Shown piece after piece: positions 7,552 through 14,646 of a stretch of DNA of 32,000 bases. The position numbers and the translations under genes were made by a program. Each line of letters begins with the position of its first letter. Within the stretch, counting starts at the first letter, position 1. The notes under the pieces were generated by a model, which was given only the letters and a program-made list of their open reading frames with translations, did no database searches and was not told the origin of the DNA. The stretch is from Aeropyrum pernix K1 (lineage in GTDB: Archaea > Thermoproteota > Thermoprotei_A > Sulfolobales > Acidilobaceae), in NCBI RefSeq assembly GCF_000011125.1, contig NC_000854.2, positions 480,001 to 512,000 of the forward strand, given 5' to 3'.

Positions 7552-8331
7552 CTAGGGTGCTATGAGCTCGTCTAGATGCTCCAGCTCGTATCTTGCTACA
7601 TCGTCTAGCTCTTTCACAACCATCCTCTCCCACTCGCTCCCCTCATACATCCTCCTCACGTGCTCCCACCTCGCCATATCCTCCCTCGCAATCTCCTCCA
7701 ACGTCTTGCCCAGGGCTTCCTTAACCAGGCTCTTGGCATAGTAGTAGCCTAGAGACCAGTCTATGAGCTCCTTCCAGTCGTACTGATACGGGTCCACCCC
7801 CTTCTCCCTAGCCCTGTCGTGTATAGCCTTTGCTAGTGCTAGAGCCGTGATGTAAGTCCAGACCCTATCCTTTCCTCGTTTGTAGCGTTTGGGTATCCAA
7901 TCCCAGACATCCTCGGCTAGCCTTCTAATGGCAGGGCTCCTAACCCATGTCCGTCTAGCCCTCTTGACAGCCTGGGCCAGAGTCTTGGCCGCTATCGCCC
8001 TGGCTAGGGCCCTCCTGGCATCCCTACTCTTAAGACCCGACTTTCTGGCTAGGCGGGCCGCTCCCTTGACAGCCCCCTGCTTAACCCCGTTTTTGAGCCT
8101 CCTAACGGTCTTAGCCAGGTCGTGGGTGTGCCTCCAGGCCCCCCTGCCTACCCTCTTGCCGCGTCTTTTGTCGAGGTGGGGTGTGTGCTTTGAGATGTGA
8201 TTCCTGGAGCGGGCGTAGTAGTAGCCTGGGCCAGTCCAAGCCTTCTCGCAGGCCCTCCTGCTGTAGCCCCTCTCCTCGCACCATTTGAGTAGCTGCTTCT
8301 TGGTGTTGAACTTGTAGAGCTTGGTGACCAA
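7552..8331 (-). CDS. Highly basic hypothetical protein, 259 aa, with an internal GYYYA(R/K)S repeat
   Basis: The ORF is long with an R/K-rich centre. The motifs GPGYYYARS and SLGYYYAKS are each preceded by a W-containing helix. Confidence 0.7.
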   Translation of the reverse strand: MVTKLYKFNTKKQLLKWCEERGYSRRACEKAWTGPGYYYARSRNHISKHTPHLDKRRGKRVGRGAWRHTHDLAKTVRRLKNGVKQGAVKGAARLARKSGLKSRDARRALARAIAAKTLAQAVKRARRTWVRSPAIRRLAEDVWDWIPKRYKRGKDRVWTYITALALAKAIHDRAREKGVDPYQYDWKELIDWSLGYYYAKSLVKEALGKTLEEIAREDMARWEHVRRMYEGSEWERMVVKELDDVARYELEHLDELIAP

Positions 8332-8395
8332 GGCCGCCCCCAGGCTGTATTGGGGTCTCTATGCTGGTGGTGTTTCTAACGTTTTCAAGGCGGCT

Positions 8396-9571
8396 CTAGA
8401 AGACTATGTCTATCAGCGTCTTTATCAGCTCAACGGCTTTTGCCGCCAGGCTGGCGCTCGCCTCGAGGGCTGCCTTGGCTATGCCGAAGAGCCCCATAAG
8501 TATCCTGTAGTTCCTGTAGAAGAAGTCCACAACAGGCTCGACGCTAGTTTCCTCGACAGTCCTGAATATGCTAGACAGCAGCCACAGGCTCCATAGGACA
8601 CCAGCATACGGCAGGAATACTAGCGTCCCCTGGACGGCCAGGGGGGCTACCGTCATTATCACGTTTACCAGCGTTCTTACGCCCCCCCAGCCCTTTATAT
8701 ACGTCTCGGTGCGGGGCTCGCTAACCTTTTCATATGCTGTACCCCACTCCGTCCAGACTATCCTGACATGCCAGGGCGTGTATGTTAGCTCGCTGACGAC
8801 AATCTCATACGTCCCAGGGCCCTGGAAAGTCAGGAACGCATCCCTGGAGACCTTATCGAGAACACCGTCACCGTTAGTATCCGCTGCTATATGGGCGTAG
8901 AACTCTGTGCCAAGCTGGAGGCCGTCCAGGTAGAACTTCACCCTCACCCCACTCTCCTGAGGCTCAACCGACAGGACCTTAAGCTCTACGAGGCTGCTAC
9001 AGTCTATCTGGTCGGCCATGATCTGGAACACGGGGTCTGGATAGCTCCCTGGGTCGTAGGGCTCCCAGCTGCCGTCGCCGTTGGAGTCCCATATCCTGAC
9101 CATCTTCAGGTTGGGCACCGTATCCTCGCCAGTTATCTTGATCGAATAGTATTCGTCCAGGCTGGGTGTGCCATTAGGCTTGGAGACTATCATTAGGGCG
9201 TAGTACTTGTCCGCCGCCAGGCTCTGGCTCAGGCTTATTATGACAGCCTCGTCGTAGGTCGGTATATACTCGGCCTGGTGCAGCAGGTTGTAGGGTATAC
9301 CGTCGAAGGTGCCAGCAGCCACTGGATCCTGGCTGTACTCCCTCAGCTCCACCTGGATGGCCCACCCGTCGTCGTCATACGCCTTGAAGACTATCTGCAC
9401 GTTCCCAGCGAAGCTGCAGCCCCACCAAAGTATAGCCATAGCCTTGTGGAGCTTGTAGTAGCTGCCTGGCGGCTCTCCAGGCCCCCAGGCTGAGAGTGCC
9501 CTTGCATCGGTAGCTAGCCCTGGGAGCAGGAGTAGGAGCAGCAGCCCCGCCAGGAAGCCCCGACTCACCAT
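8396..9571 (-). CDS. Secreted protein with a C-terminal multi-TM region, 391 aa (candidate virion or host-attachment protein)
   Basis: The signal peptide is MVSRGFLAGLLLLLLLPGLATDARA. Two D(S/T)NGDG motifs are present. The last ~110 aa contain hydrophobic segments. Confidence 0.8.
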   Translation of the reverse strand: MVSRGFLAGLLLLLLLPGLATDARALSAWGPGEPPGSYYKLHKAMAILWWGCSFAGNVQIVFKAYDDDGWAIQVELREYSQDPVAAGTFDGIPYNLLHQAEYIPTYDEAVIISLSQSLAADKYYALMIVSKPNGTPSLDEYYSIKITGEDTVPNLKMVRIWDSNGDGSWEPYDPGSYPDPVFQIMADQIDCSSLVELKVLSVEPQESGVRVKFYLDGLQLGTEFYAHIAADTNGDGVLDKVSRDAFLTFQGPGTYEIVVSELTYTPWHVRIVWTEWGTAYEKVSEPRTETYIKGWGGVRTLVNVIMTVAPLAVQGTLVFLPYAGVLWSLWLLSSIFRTVEETSVEPVVDFFYRNYRILMGLFGIAKAALEASASLAAKAVELIKTLIDIVF

Positions 9572-9627
9572 GATTCCGTAACCATCATTTCAATTACCCA
9601 ATCAACTATTGTCTCGGTAGCGGAGTC

Positions 9628-10233
9628 ATGGCTGCTTATGGCCTCCCAAGTGTGGACGAGCTGGCTGTAATCGCTCTGCTCCTCTCAATAGGGCTCCTAG
9701 CTGTGATAATGGGGGCAATTATAGGGGAGAGCCTGGCCAGGGCATCTGGTGTAGGGGGGAGGAGGCCTAGGCCAGCAGTTCTCCTTGTAAAGTCGCCGCT
9801 AGAGGTCGAGCTGAAGGATAGGGTTATCGAGACTACGAGAGGCGACCTGATAGTCAGGGACGGCAAGGAGCTACTGGTATACAGGAAGCCAGAGGGGGTT
9901 AAGCCTGTCGAGGTCAGGCTTGGTAGGAAGACTGTGAAGGCGTACCTAGTTGACTCCAAGAGGGAGGTGTTCTACACGATACCAGAGAAGGTTGAGGCTC
10001 GCGTTGGGGATGGGAGCGTTAAGCTCCACCCTGCTATGGTGGACCCAAAGACGCTGGCCGAGTACATAGCCAGCAAGAGCCTGGAGAAGCTACTAAAGCC
10101 GATGAGGGTTGGCAGCCTCGAGGCTGTGCTCTACATGGCTCTAGGCGGCCTTATGGTGCTGCTCATGATATTCTTCGTCCTCCCAATGCTAGGCTACCAG
10201 GTCAGCATAGGCGGGGGTGGCGTGTTTGGCTAG
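9628..10233 (+). CDS. Membrane protein with N- and C-terminal TM helices, 201 aa
   Basis: TM segments are VIALLLSIGLLAVIMGAII and LGGLMVLLMIFFVLPML. It is the first gene of the plus-strand block and is divergent from the 8396..9571 gene. Confidence 0.7.
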   Translation: MAAYGLPSVDELAVIALLLSIGLLAVIMGAIIGESLARASGVGGRRPRPAVLLVKSPLEVELKDRVIETTRGDLIVRDGKELLVYRKPEGVKPVEVRLGRKTVKAYLVDSKREVFYTIPEKVEARVGDGSVKLHPAMVDPKTLAEYIASKSLEKLLKPMRVGSLEAVLYMALGGLMVLLMIFFVLPMLGYQVSIGGGGVFG

Positions 10234-10624
10234 TAGAAGGAAGGGCGAGGGTCGGGAGGAGGCTCTGCCGCTGGTAGACCCCTTCGAGGAGGATATAGAC
10301 TGGGAAGCTGCTGCGGAAGACGAGGTAACTGGGGCCCACAAGATTGCTATACAGCTTCTAGCGGCCCCGAAGGGTAGGGCTAAGCTCACCCTCTCAGACC
10401 TCTCTGGAGGCGAGGTAAGGGCTATAGCAACTCTCAGGTCGATAGCCCAGGTGATACCAGATCCTGTTATGCTGGCGTACATAGACAACTACCTTTTGCT
10501 CAAGAGGAGCCAGAAGCGGCAGGGCGTCAAGGAGATCCTGGCCATAGTCGGGGCTAAGGGGCTGCGCGTACTGCAGGCGATACGCCTAGGCAGAACCAGG
10601 ACAGTAAGGGAGGAGGAGTTCTAG
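10217..10624 (+). CDS. Hypothetical acidic protein, 135 aa
   Basis: The ORF overlaps the upstream gene by 17 nt, which suggests an operon. No family recognised. Confidence 0.55.
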   Translation: MACLASRRKGEGREEALPLVDPFEEDIDWEAAAEDEVTGAHKIAIQLLAAPKGRAKLTLSDLSGGEVRAIATLRSIAQVIPDPVMLAYIDNYLLLKRSQKRQGVKEILAIVGAKGLRVLQAIRLGRTRTVREEEF

Positions 10625-10640
10625 TCTGGAGGTGGATTAG

Positions 10641-11384
10641 ATGGGGGGTACCCCCGCCCTAGAAGAGTCCAAGGTCAAGGGCAACCTAGCGAGGCTACTG
10701 TGGAAGGAGATGAAGGAGCAGGACAGTAGCAGCGTGGTAGTGGCATTCGGGAGGACGGGAGCGGGTAAGAGCCAGTACGCCATGAAGGTCTCACACCAGT
10801 TCTACGGGGATTGGAGGGAGGTGCTCAGGCGGCTCGTGTTCACTCCCTTCGACTTCCAGAGGGCCATAGAAGAGCTTGATGCCCGTGATGAATGGATACC
10901 TGTCTTGGTATGGGATGATGCGGGGCCCTGGCTGGAGCTTTTGAAGCGTAACAGCTGGCACCCCCTGGCTATCGGGGTTAGGGGGGCTTTCGAGACCGCC
11001 AGGGTCAGGGTGGGGGCTATACTCCTGACTATGACCACGGACAGGAGCCTCCCTAGGAGCATAGCATACGACGGGTACCTCTACAAGTTCAGGGCCAAGC
11101 TCGTCAAGTGGGGCAGCCAGGGGGACGGGAAGCCAAAGAGCGTGGCTAGGATCCAGGTGAGGAGGGAGCGGGAGAGCGAGTGGGGCAAGTTCTACTGGGA
11201 GGAGGCCTATAGGGACTGGGTAACCCTGAACGTGCCAGTCTACGGGGAGTACCTGGAGCTGAGGAAGAGGTTCCTCAGGCTCTACAACAAGCTGATAAGG
11301 GAGGCCCCCAGGCTGGGGCCCAGGCAGGCCCTAGAGTTCATAGCGCGGGAGTGGGAGAGGATGAGGAGTGGAGGCGAGGGCTAG
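10641..11384 (+). CDS. P-loop NTPase, 247 aa (probably the DnaA-like / AAA+ type ATPase typical of crenarchaeal viruses)
   Basis: Walker A is GRTGAGKS and Walker B is PVLVWDDAG. The gene lies two genes upstream of the integrase fragment. Confidence 0.8.
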   Translation: MGGTPALEESKVKGNLARLLWKEMKEQDSSSVVVAFGRTGAGKSQYAMKVSHQFYGDWREVLRRLVFTPFDFQRAIEELDARDEWIPVLVWDDAGPWLELLKRNSWHPLAIGVRGAFETARVRVGAILLTMTTDRSLPRSIAYDGYLYKFRAKLVKWGSQGDGKPKSVARIQVRRERESEWGKFYWEEAYRDWVTLNVPVYGEYLELRKRFLRLYNKLIREAPRLGPRQALEFIAREWERMRSGGEG

Positions 11385-11670
11385 GCTCGCCTGGCTGCTA
11401 TGGCTGCTACTGCTGCAGGCCCTGGACGCTGCTACAACGGTTCTAGCCGTCAGGGCTGGGGCAGTCGAGCTTAACCCCCTGGTTAGGCTGTTGCTTGAGA
11501 GCCCTTGGGCGCTGCTTACTGCTAAGCTGCTAGCAGGGTGGGCTGTCTGGCTACTTGCTGGAGGCTCTAGGGCTGCTATGCTCCTAGTCTCGGCCCTCTA
11601 CATTCAAGCGGTAGCAGCTAACACGCTCAGCCTGCTTAAATCATGGGTAGTTTTAAGCAGCATGTTTTAA
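11368..11670 (+). CDS. Small multi-TM membrane protein, 100 aa (DUF5658-like, ELNPL motif)
   Basis: Hydrophobic helices are present, with the motif AVELNPLVRLL. The ORF overlaps the ATPase gene by 17 nt. Confidence 0.55.
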   Translation: MEARARLAWLLWLLLLQALDAATTVLAVRAGAVELNPLVRLLLESPWALLTAKLLAGWAVWLLAGGSRAAMLLVSALYIQAVAANTLSLLKSWVVLSSMF

Positions 11671-12017
11671 GCAAATGGAGATGCATGTGGGGTGAACCCC
11701 TCTTGTATGGAGCTGGAGACTCGACTGTAACATTGGTGCCTAAACCCTTGTACGTGTACGTCCACACCGTCAAGAGCAAGGGCAGGATATACCAGTACCT
11801 CGTCGTAGAGGAGTACCTCGGCCAAGGCAGGCGTAGAACCATCCTCAGGATGCGCCTCGAAGAAGCCGTAAGGAAGCTGCTAAACAATGAAAAGAAGGAC
11901 AGCGCCGAAACCGCAGGGTGGTGCGGGGGGTGGGATTTGAACCCACGCAGGCCTACGCCAACGGGTCTTAAGCCCGCCCCCTTTGGCCAGGCTCGGGCAC
12001 CCCCGCACCATAGGTAA
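11643..12017 (+). CDS. int: N-terminal fragment int(N) of a partitioned SSV-type tyrosine integrase. The likely true start is the ATG at 11685.
   Basis: LYVYVHTVKSKGRIYQYLVVEEYLG resembles the N-terminal beta-hairpin region of SSV-type integrases. GGWDLNPRRPTPTGLKP is the antisense reading of the tRNA T and variable arms. The ORF stops 11 nt beyond the tRNA and has no catalytic domain. Confidence 0.7.
   Translation: MGSFKQHVLSKWRCMWGEPLLYGAGDSTVTLVPKPLYVYVHTVKSKGRIYQYLVVEEYLGQGRRRTILRMRLEEAVRKLLNNEKKDSAETAGWCGGWDLNPRRPTPTGLKPAPFGQARAPPHHR
11919..12006 (-). tRNA. tRNA-Leu(UAA): tRNA-Leu (anticodon UAA), class II with a long variable arm and an encoded CCA
   Basis: Manual fold: acceptor GCGGGGG/CCCCCGC, anticodon stem GCGGG/CCCGU with loop CUUAAGA, variable arm CGUA-GGCC-UGCG, T arm GUGGG-UUCAAAU-CCCAC, discriminator A and CCA. 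Confidence 0.9.
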
Positions 12018-12097
12018 GTATTTCTCCCCGGGTCTGGCTAAAAATACTCGCCGCGTTAGCAGGTGATTATTGGGTTACGTGGCTAGGGTGGTTTTGC

Positions 12098-13135
12098 GTG
12101 TCTCAGGAGTCCTGTCTAGGGCCCGCCGCTTCTAGGCTTCTGGATGAGGAGCTAGCCGCCCTGGCGGGGGATATTGACAGGGAGAACAGGGTTCCCGATA
12201 GCCTCATCGAGAAGGCTGCTGCGGAGGGGCTTTTCGACATAGGGAGTGTGGAATGCCTGCTGCAGGCTGTGAGGCGCGCGTCGAGGTTTAGCAGGGGGTT
12301 TGCCCACGTCCTCCTAGTACACGGTAGCTGCAGGCTGGCCGTTGGCGGGGAGGGGAGGGTGTACGCCCTCGGCATAACCGAGGCTGGAGGAGGGACTGAT
12401 GTGAGGGCTAACATAGCAACTAGGGCCGAGGAGCTGGGCGGCGGCTCCTACAGGCTAGAGGGCATGAAATACTTCACTAGTAACGCCCTATACGCCTCCC
12501 ACTTCGTCGTTCTCGCACTCGCTGGTGAGGAGCCGGCGCTCTTCCTGTGCGAGAAGCAGCCTAGGATCAGGGTCGAGCCGCTGGACCTATCGGGCTTCAG
12601 GGGCTCTGGAGTTGGGAAGGTCGTCTTCGACGGAGCAGTCTGCGAGAGGCTGACGGAGCCTGGGGTAGACGGGGTTAGGGCGGCTCTGGGCTATATAAAC
12701 GTTGGCAGGCTCGGTTACGCCTCCCTAGCCCTCGGCATAGCGGATAGGGCTATAGAGGTTATCGTGGAGGCTGCTTCCTCCAAGAGAGTATTCGGCAAAC
12801 GCCTGCTAGACTACCAGGGTGTGCAGTGGAGGATAGCCTCAATAGCGGCGCGCAGGGCGGCGCTCGAGAGCCTGGTGGTCTCAGCCCTTGATGGGGGAGG
12901 CAGGGTGGACCCTGAGAAGGCTGCTATGGCTAAGGTGCTAGGCGGCGAGCTGGCGCTCGAGGCGGCCTGGTCGGCGGTTCAGATACTAGGGGGCAGGGGT
13001 TTGGCCATGTGGGGTGAAGCGGAGAGGATGTACAGGGATGCTAAGGTTATTGACATAGGCGAGGGGGCGAAGGAGGTGCTCATGGACTACATAGCGGGTA
13101 GGACCGTTAAAAAAGTGCTGGGAAGCCGCGGCTAG
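12098..13135 (+). CDS. Acyl-CoA dehydrogenase family protein, 345 aa (GTG start)
   Basis: MKYFTSNALYASHFVVLA and the C-terminal YRDAKVIDIGEGAKEVLMDYIA match the ACAD signature (RDAKI..IyEGTnEI). Confidence 0.85.
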   Translation: MSQESCLGPAASRLLDEELAALAGDIDRENRVPDSLIEKAAAEGLFDIGSVECLLQAVRRASRFSRGFAHVLLVHGSCRLAVGGEGRVYALGITEAGGGTDVRANIATRAEELGGGSYRLEGMKYFTSNALYASHFVVLALAGEEPALFLCEKQPRIRVEPLDLSGFRGSGVGKVVFDGAVCERLTEPGVDGVRAALGYINVGRLGYASLALGIADRAIEVIVEAASSKRVFGKRLLDYQGVQWRIASIAARRAALESLVVSALDGGGRVDPEKAAMAKVLGGELALEAAWSAVQILGGRGLAMWGEAERMYRDAKVIDIGEGAKEVLMDYIAGRTVKKVLGSRG

Positions 13136-13142
13136 TGGGGAG

Positions 13143-13787
13143 CTACTGGGGGAGCAGGTAGAGGGGCTTCGCGTTGTTTAGAGCCTGCTCCAGCCTCTTC
13201 TCAACGTCGTCCCAGTTGACCACGTTCCACCAGTTCTCGACGTAGCTGCCCCTGTCGTTCTTGTACTGGAGGTAGTAGGCGTGCTCCCACACGTCAATAA
13301 CTAGTATGGGCACAAGGCCCGCCGTCATGAGGACGTTGTGCTTCTCCACCTGCAGTATCCTGAGCTCCTCTGTCAGAGGGTCGAACGCGAGCACGCCCCA
13401 CCCGACGCCCTCCACCGTCTTCGCAGCGGCGCTGAAGAGGGCCTTGAACTTCTCGAAGCCGCCGAACTGCTTCTCTATGAGGTCAGCCACCCTGCCGCCA
13501 GGTGTTCCACCGCCCTTGCCGGGCGGGGCCATGTTGGGCCAGAATATGGTGTGCATTATGTGGCCTGCGTAGTTGAAGCTGAAGTCCCTCATGACAGCCC
13601 TAACGTCTATCTGTATCTCGCCCTTGAGATGCTTCTCTATCTTCTCGAGTGCGGCGTTAGCCCCTTTGACATACGTGTTGTGATGCTTCTGGTGGTGCAG
13701 CTTCATTATCTCCTCTATAATGTAGGGCTCCAGGGCGTTGTAGTTGTAGGGTAGCGGGGGGAGCTCGTACCTCTTAAAGCTCACCAT
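13143..13787 (-). CDS. sod: Fe/Mn (cambialistic) superoxide dismutase, 214 aa
   Basis: YELPPLPYNYNALEPYI, HHQKHH and DVWEHAYYLQYKN are classical Fe/Mn-SOD metal-ligand motifs. The sequence matches my recollection of the A. pernix enzyme. Confidence 0.97.
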   Translation of the reverse strand: MVSFKRYELPPLPYNYNALEPYIIEEIMKLHHQKHHNTYVKGANAALEKIEKHLKGEIQIDVRAVMRDFSFNYAGHIMHTIFWPNMAPPGKGGGTPGGRVADLIEKQFGGFEKFKALFSAAAKTVEGVGWGVLAFDPLTEELRILQVEKHNVLMTAGLVPILVIDVWEHAYYLQYKNDRGSYVENWWNVVNWDDVEKRLEQALNNAKPLYLLPQ

Positions 13788-13932
13788 TCCAACTCACCTT
13801 CTCGAACCGTGGGTAATAGTATGTTAACGGAGTTAAAGAATAGTTTAATAGTTAGGATAAATATTTCGGGCGCCAGTTTAAGAGCAGGCGCTATTTAAAA
13901 CGCTTGGGCGGCCGCTAGCGCTACGGCAGGCC

Positions 13933-14244
13933 TTACCCCTCACCCGCAGCCATGGATACCTGTACGTGCTTCACCGTGAGCAGCCTTCCCAGCGGGTAGT
14001 TATTCTCCTGCAGCACATCCTCTACAGCCCTCCTGACATCGGTCAGCTTCTCGACCGAGCCCGAGAAGATGTCTACATCGGTTATCGGCAGCCTGGACGG
14101 CTGCGCTATGAAGCTGTTTATACGAACCTCAGTATCCCCGCCGAGGACCTCCATAAGCTTCTCGGCAAGGGCCTTGAGGAAAGACAGCCTCCACCTCCTC
14201 CCAACAAGCCTGACTCTTATCACCGTGATTATCTGCTCCGACAT
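13933..14244 (-). CDS. Conserved-looking hypothetical protein, 103 aa
   Basis: A clean ATG ORF with balanced composition. No family recognised. Confidence 0.55.
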   Translation of the reverse strand: MSEQIITVIRVRLVGRRWRLSFLKALAEKLMEVLGGDTEVRINSFIAQPSRLPITDVDIFSGSVEKLTDVRRAVEDVLQENNYPLGRLLTVKHVQVSMAAGEG

Positions 14245-14646
14245 ACCTCACTCACCATAAAGGAATATGACCCTTCTATCAACGCTCATTATCTATATAT
14301 AGGCATTATTAATATTTATTTGTAAACCCGCGCCACCCTCTAAAACTATGCAGACACTATATATAGGATTTATTTATAACTCTGGATTTAATAATAGCGC
14401 CCCTCTATGAAAAGCCTTCCCCGCCGGACACTCACGAGGACTTTGGCGGCGGGCCTCGCTACCCCAGAGCCAGTCATCAACCTCCTCCTGGGCACGACTG
14501 GCTTCATAGGCCCGCCAGGAACCGGCTCTCGCTAATTAGTTTTCACGCCAACATCTATATGCTTCTACCATCCTCCGGGATCTCCGGCTGGCCCTGGCCC
14601 CTAACTCTTATACCCTTAGGCTCCCTTTTCAATTCTCTGGGTAGAC

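Larger units (their letters stand above)
1..11965. mobile_element. Right-hand ~12 kb of an integrated archaeal provirus (SSV-type integration into tRNA-Leu). The left end (attL, int(C)) is outside the window, and the right boundary inside the tRNA 3' half is approximate.
   Basis: A truncated integrase N-fragment overlaps the 3' half of tRNA-Leu. All ORFs to the left are orphan-like: wHTH regulators, signal-peptide or TM proteins, very basic proteins and one P-loop ATPase. Recognisable housekeeping genes begin immediately right of the tRNA. Confidence 0.7.

Noticed and set aside
10884-10940. UGAUGA/GAUGAUG box-like strings inside the ATPase gene (also 16527-16560 inside the intein)
   Set aside because: They lie inside well-supported coding sequence, and there is no properly spaced D box.
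1-11900. Search for a second copy of the tRNA 3' half (GGGATTTGAACCC and its reverse complement), which would mark attL inside the window
   Set aside because: No second copy was found by eye, so the left provirus border is taken to lie outside the window.
14280-14400. AT-rich block with the repeated CTATATATAGG motif (about 14293 and 14366), considered as a replication origin
   Set aside because: No ORB-like or mini-ORB repeats and no adjacent orc1/cdc6 gene. It is more simply explained as TATA-rich promoter DNA between divergent genes.
14407-14535. A 42-aa mini-ORF ending in ..LLLGTTGFIGPPGTGSR, which resembles a truncated Walker A
   Set aside because: It is too short, has no downstream continuation in any frame that I could see, and GPPGTG can arise by chance in GC-rich DNA. 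A possible gene remnant at best.
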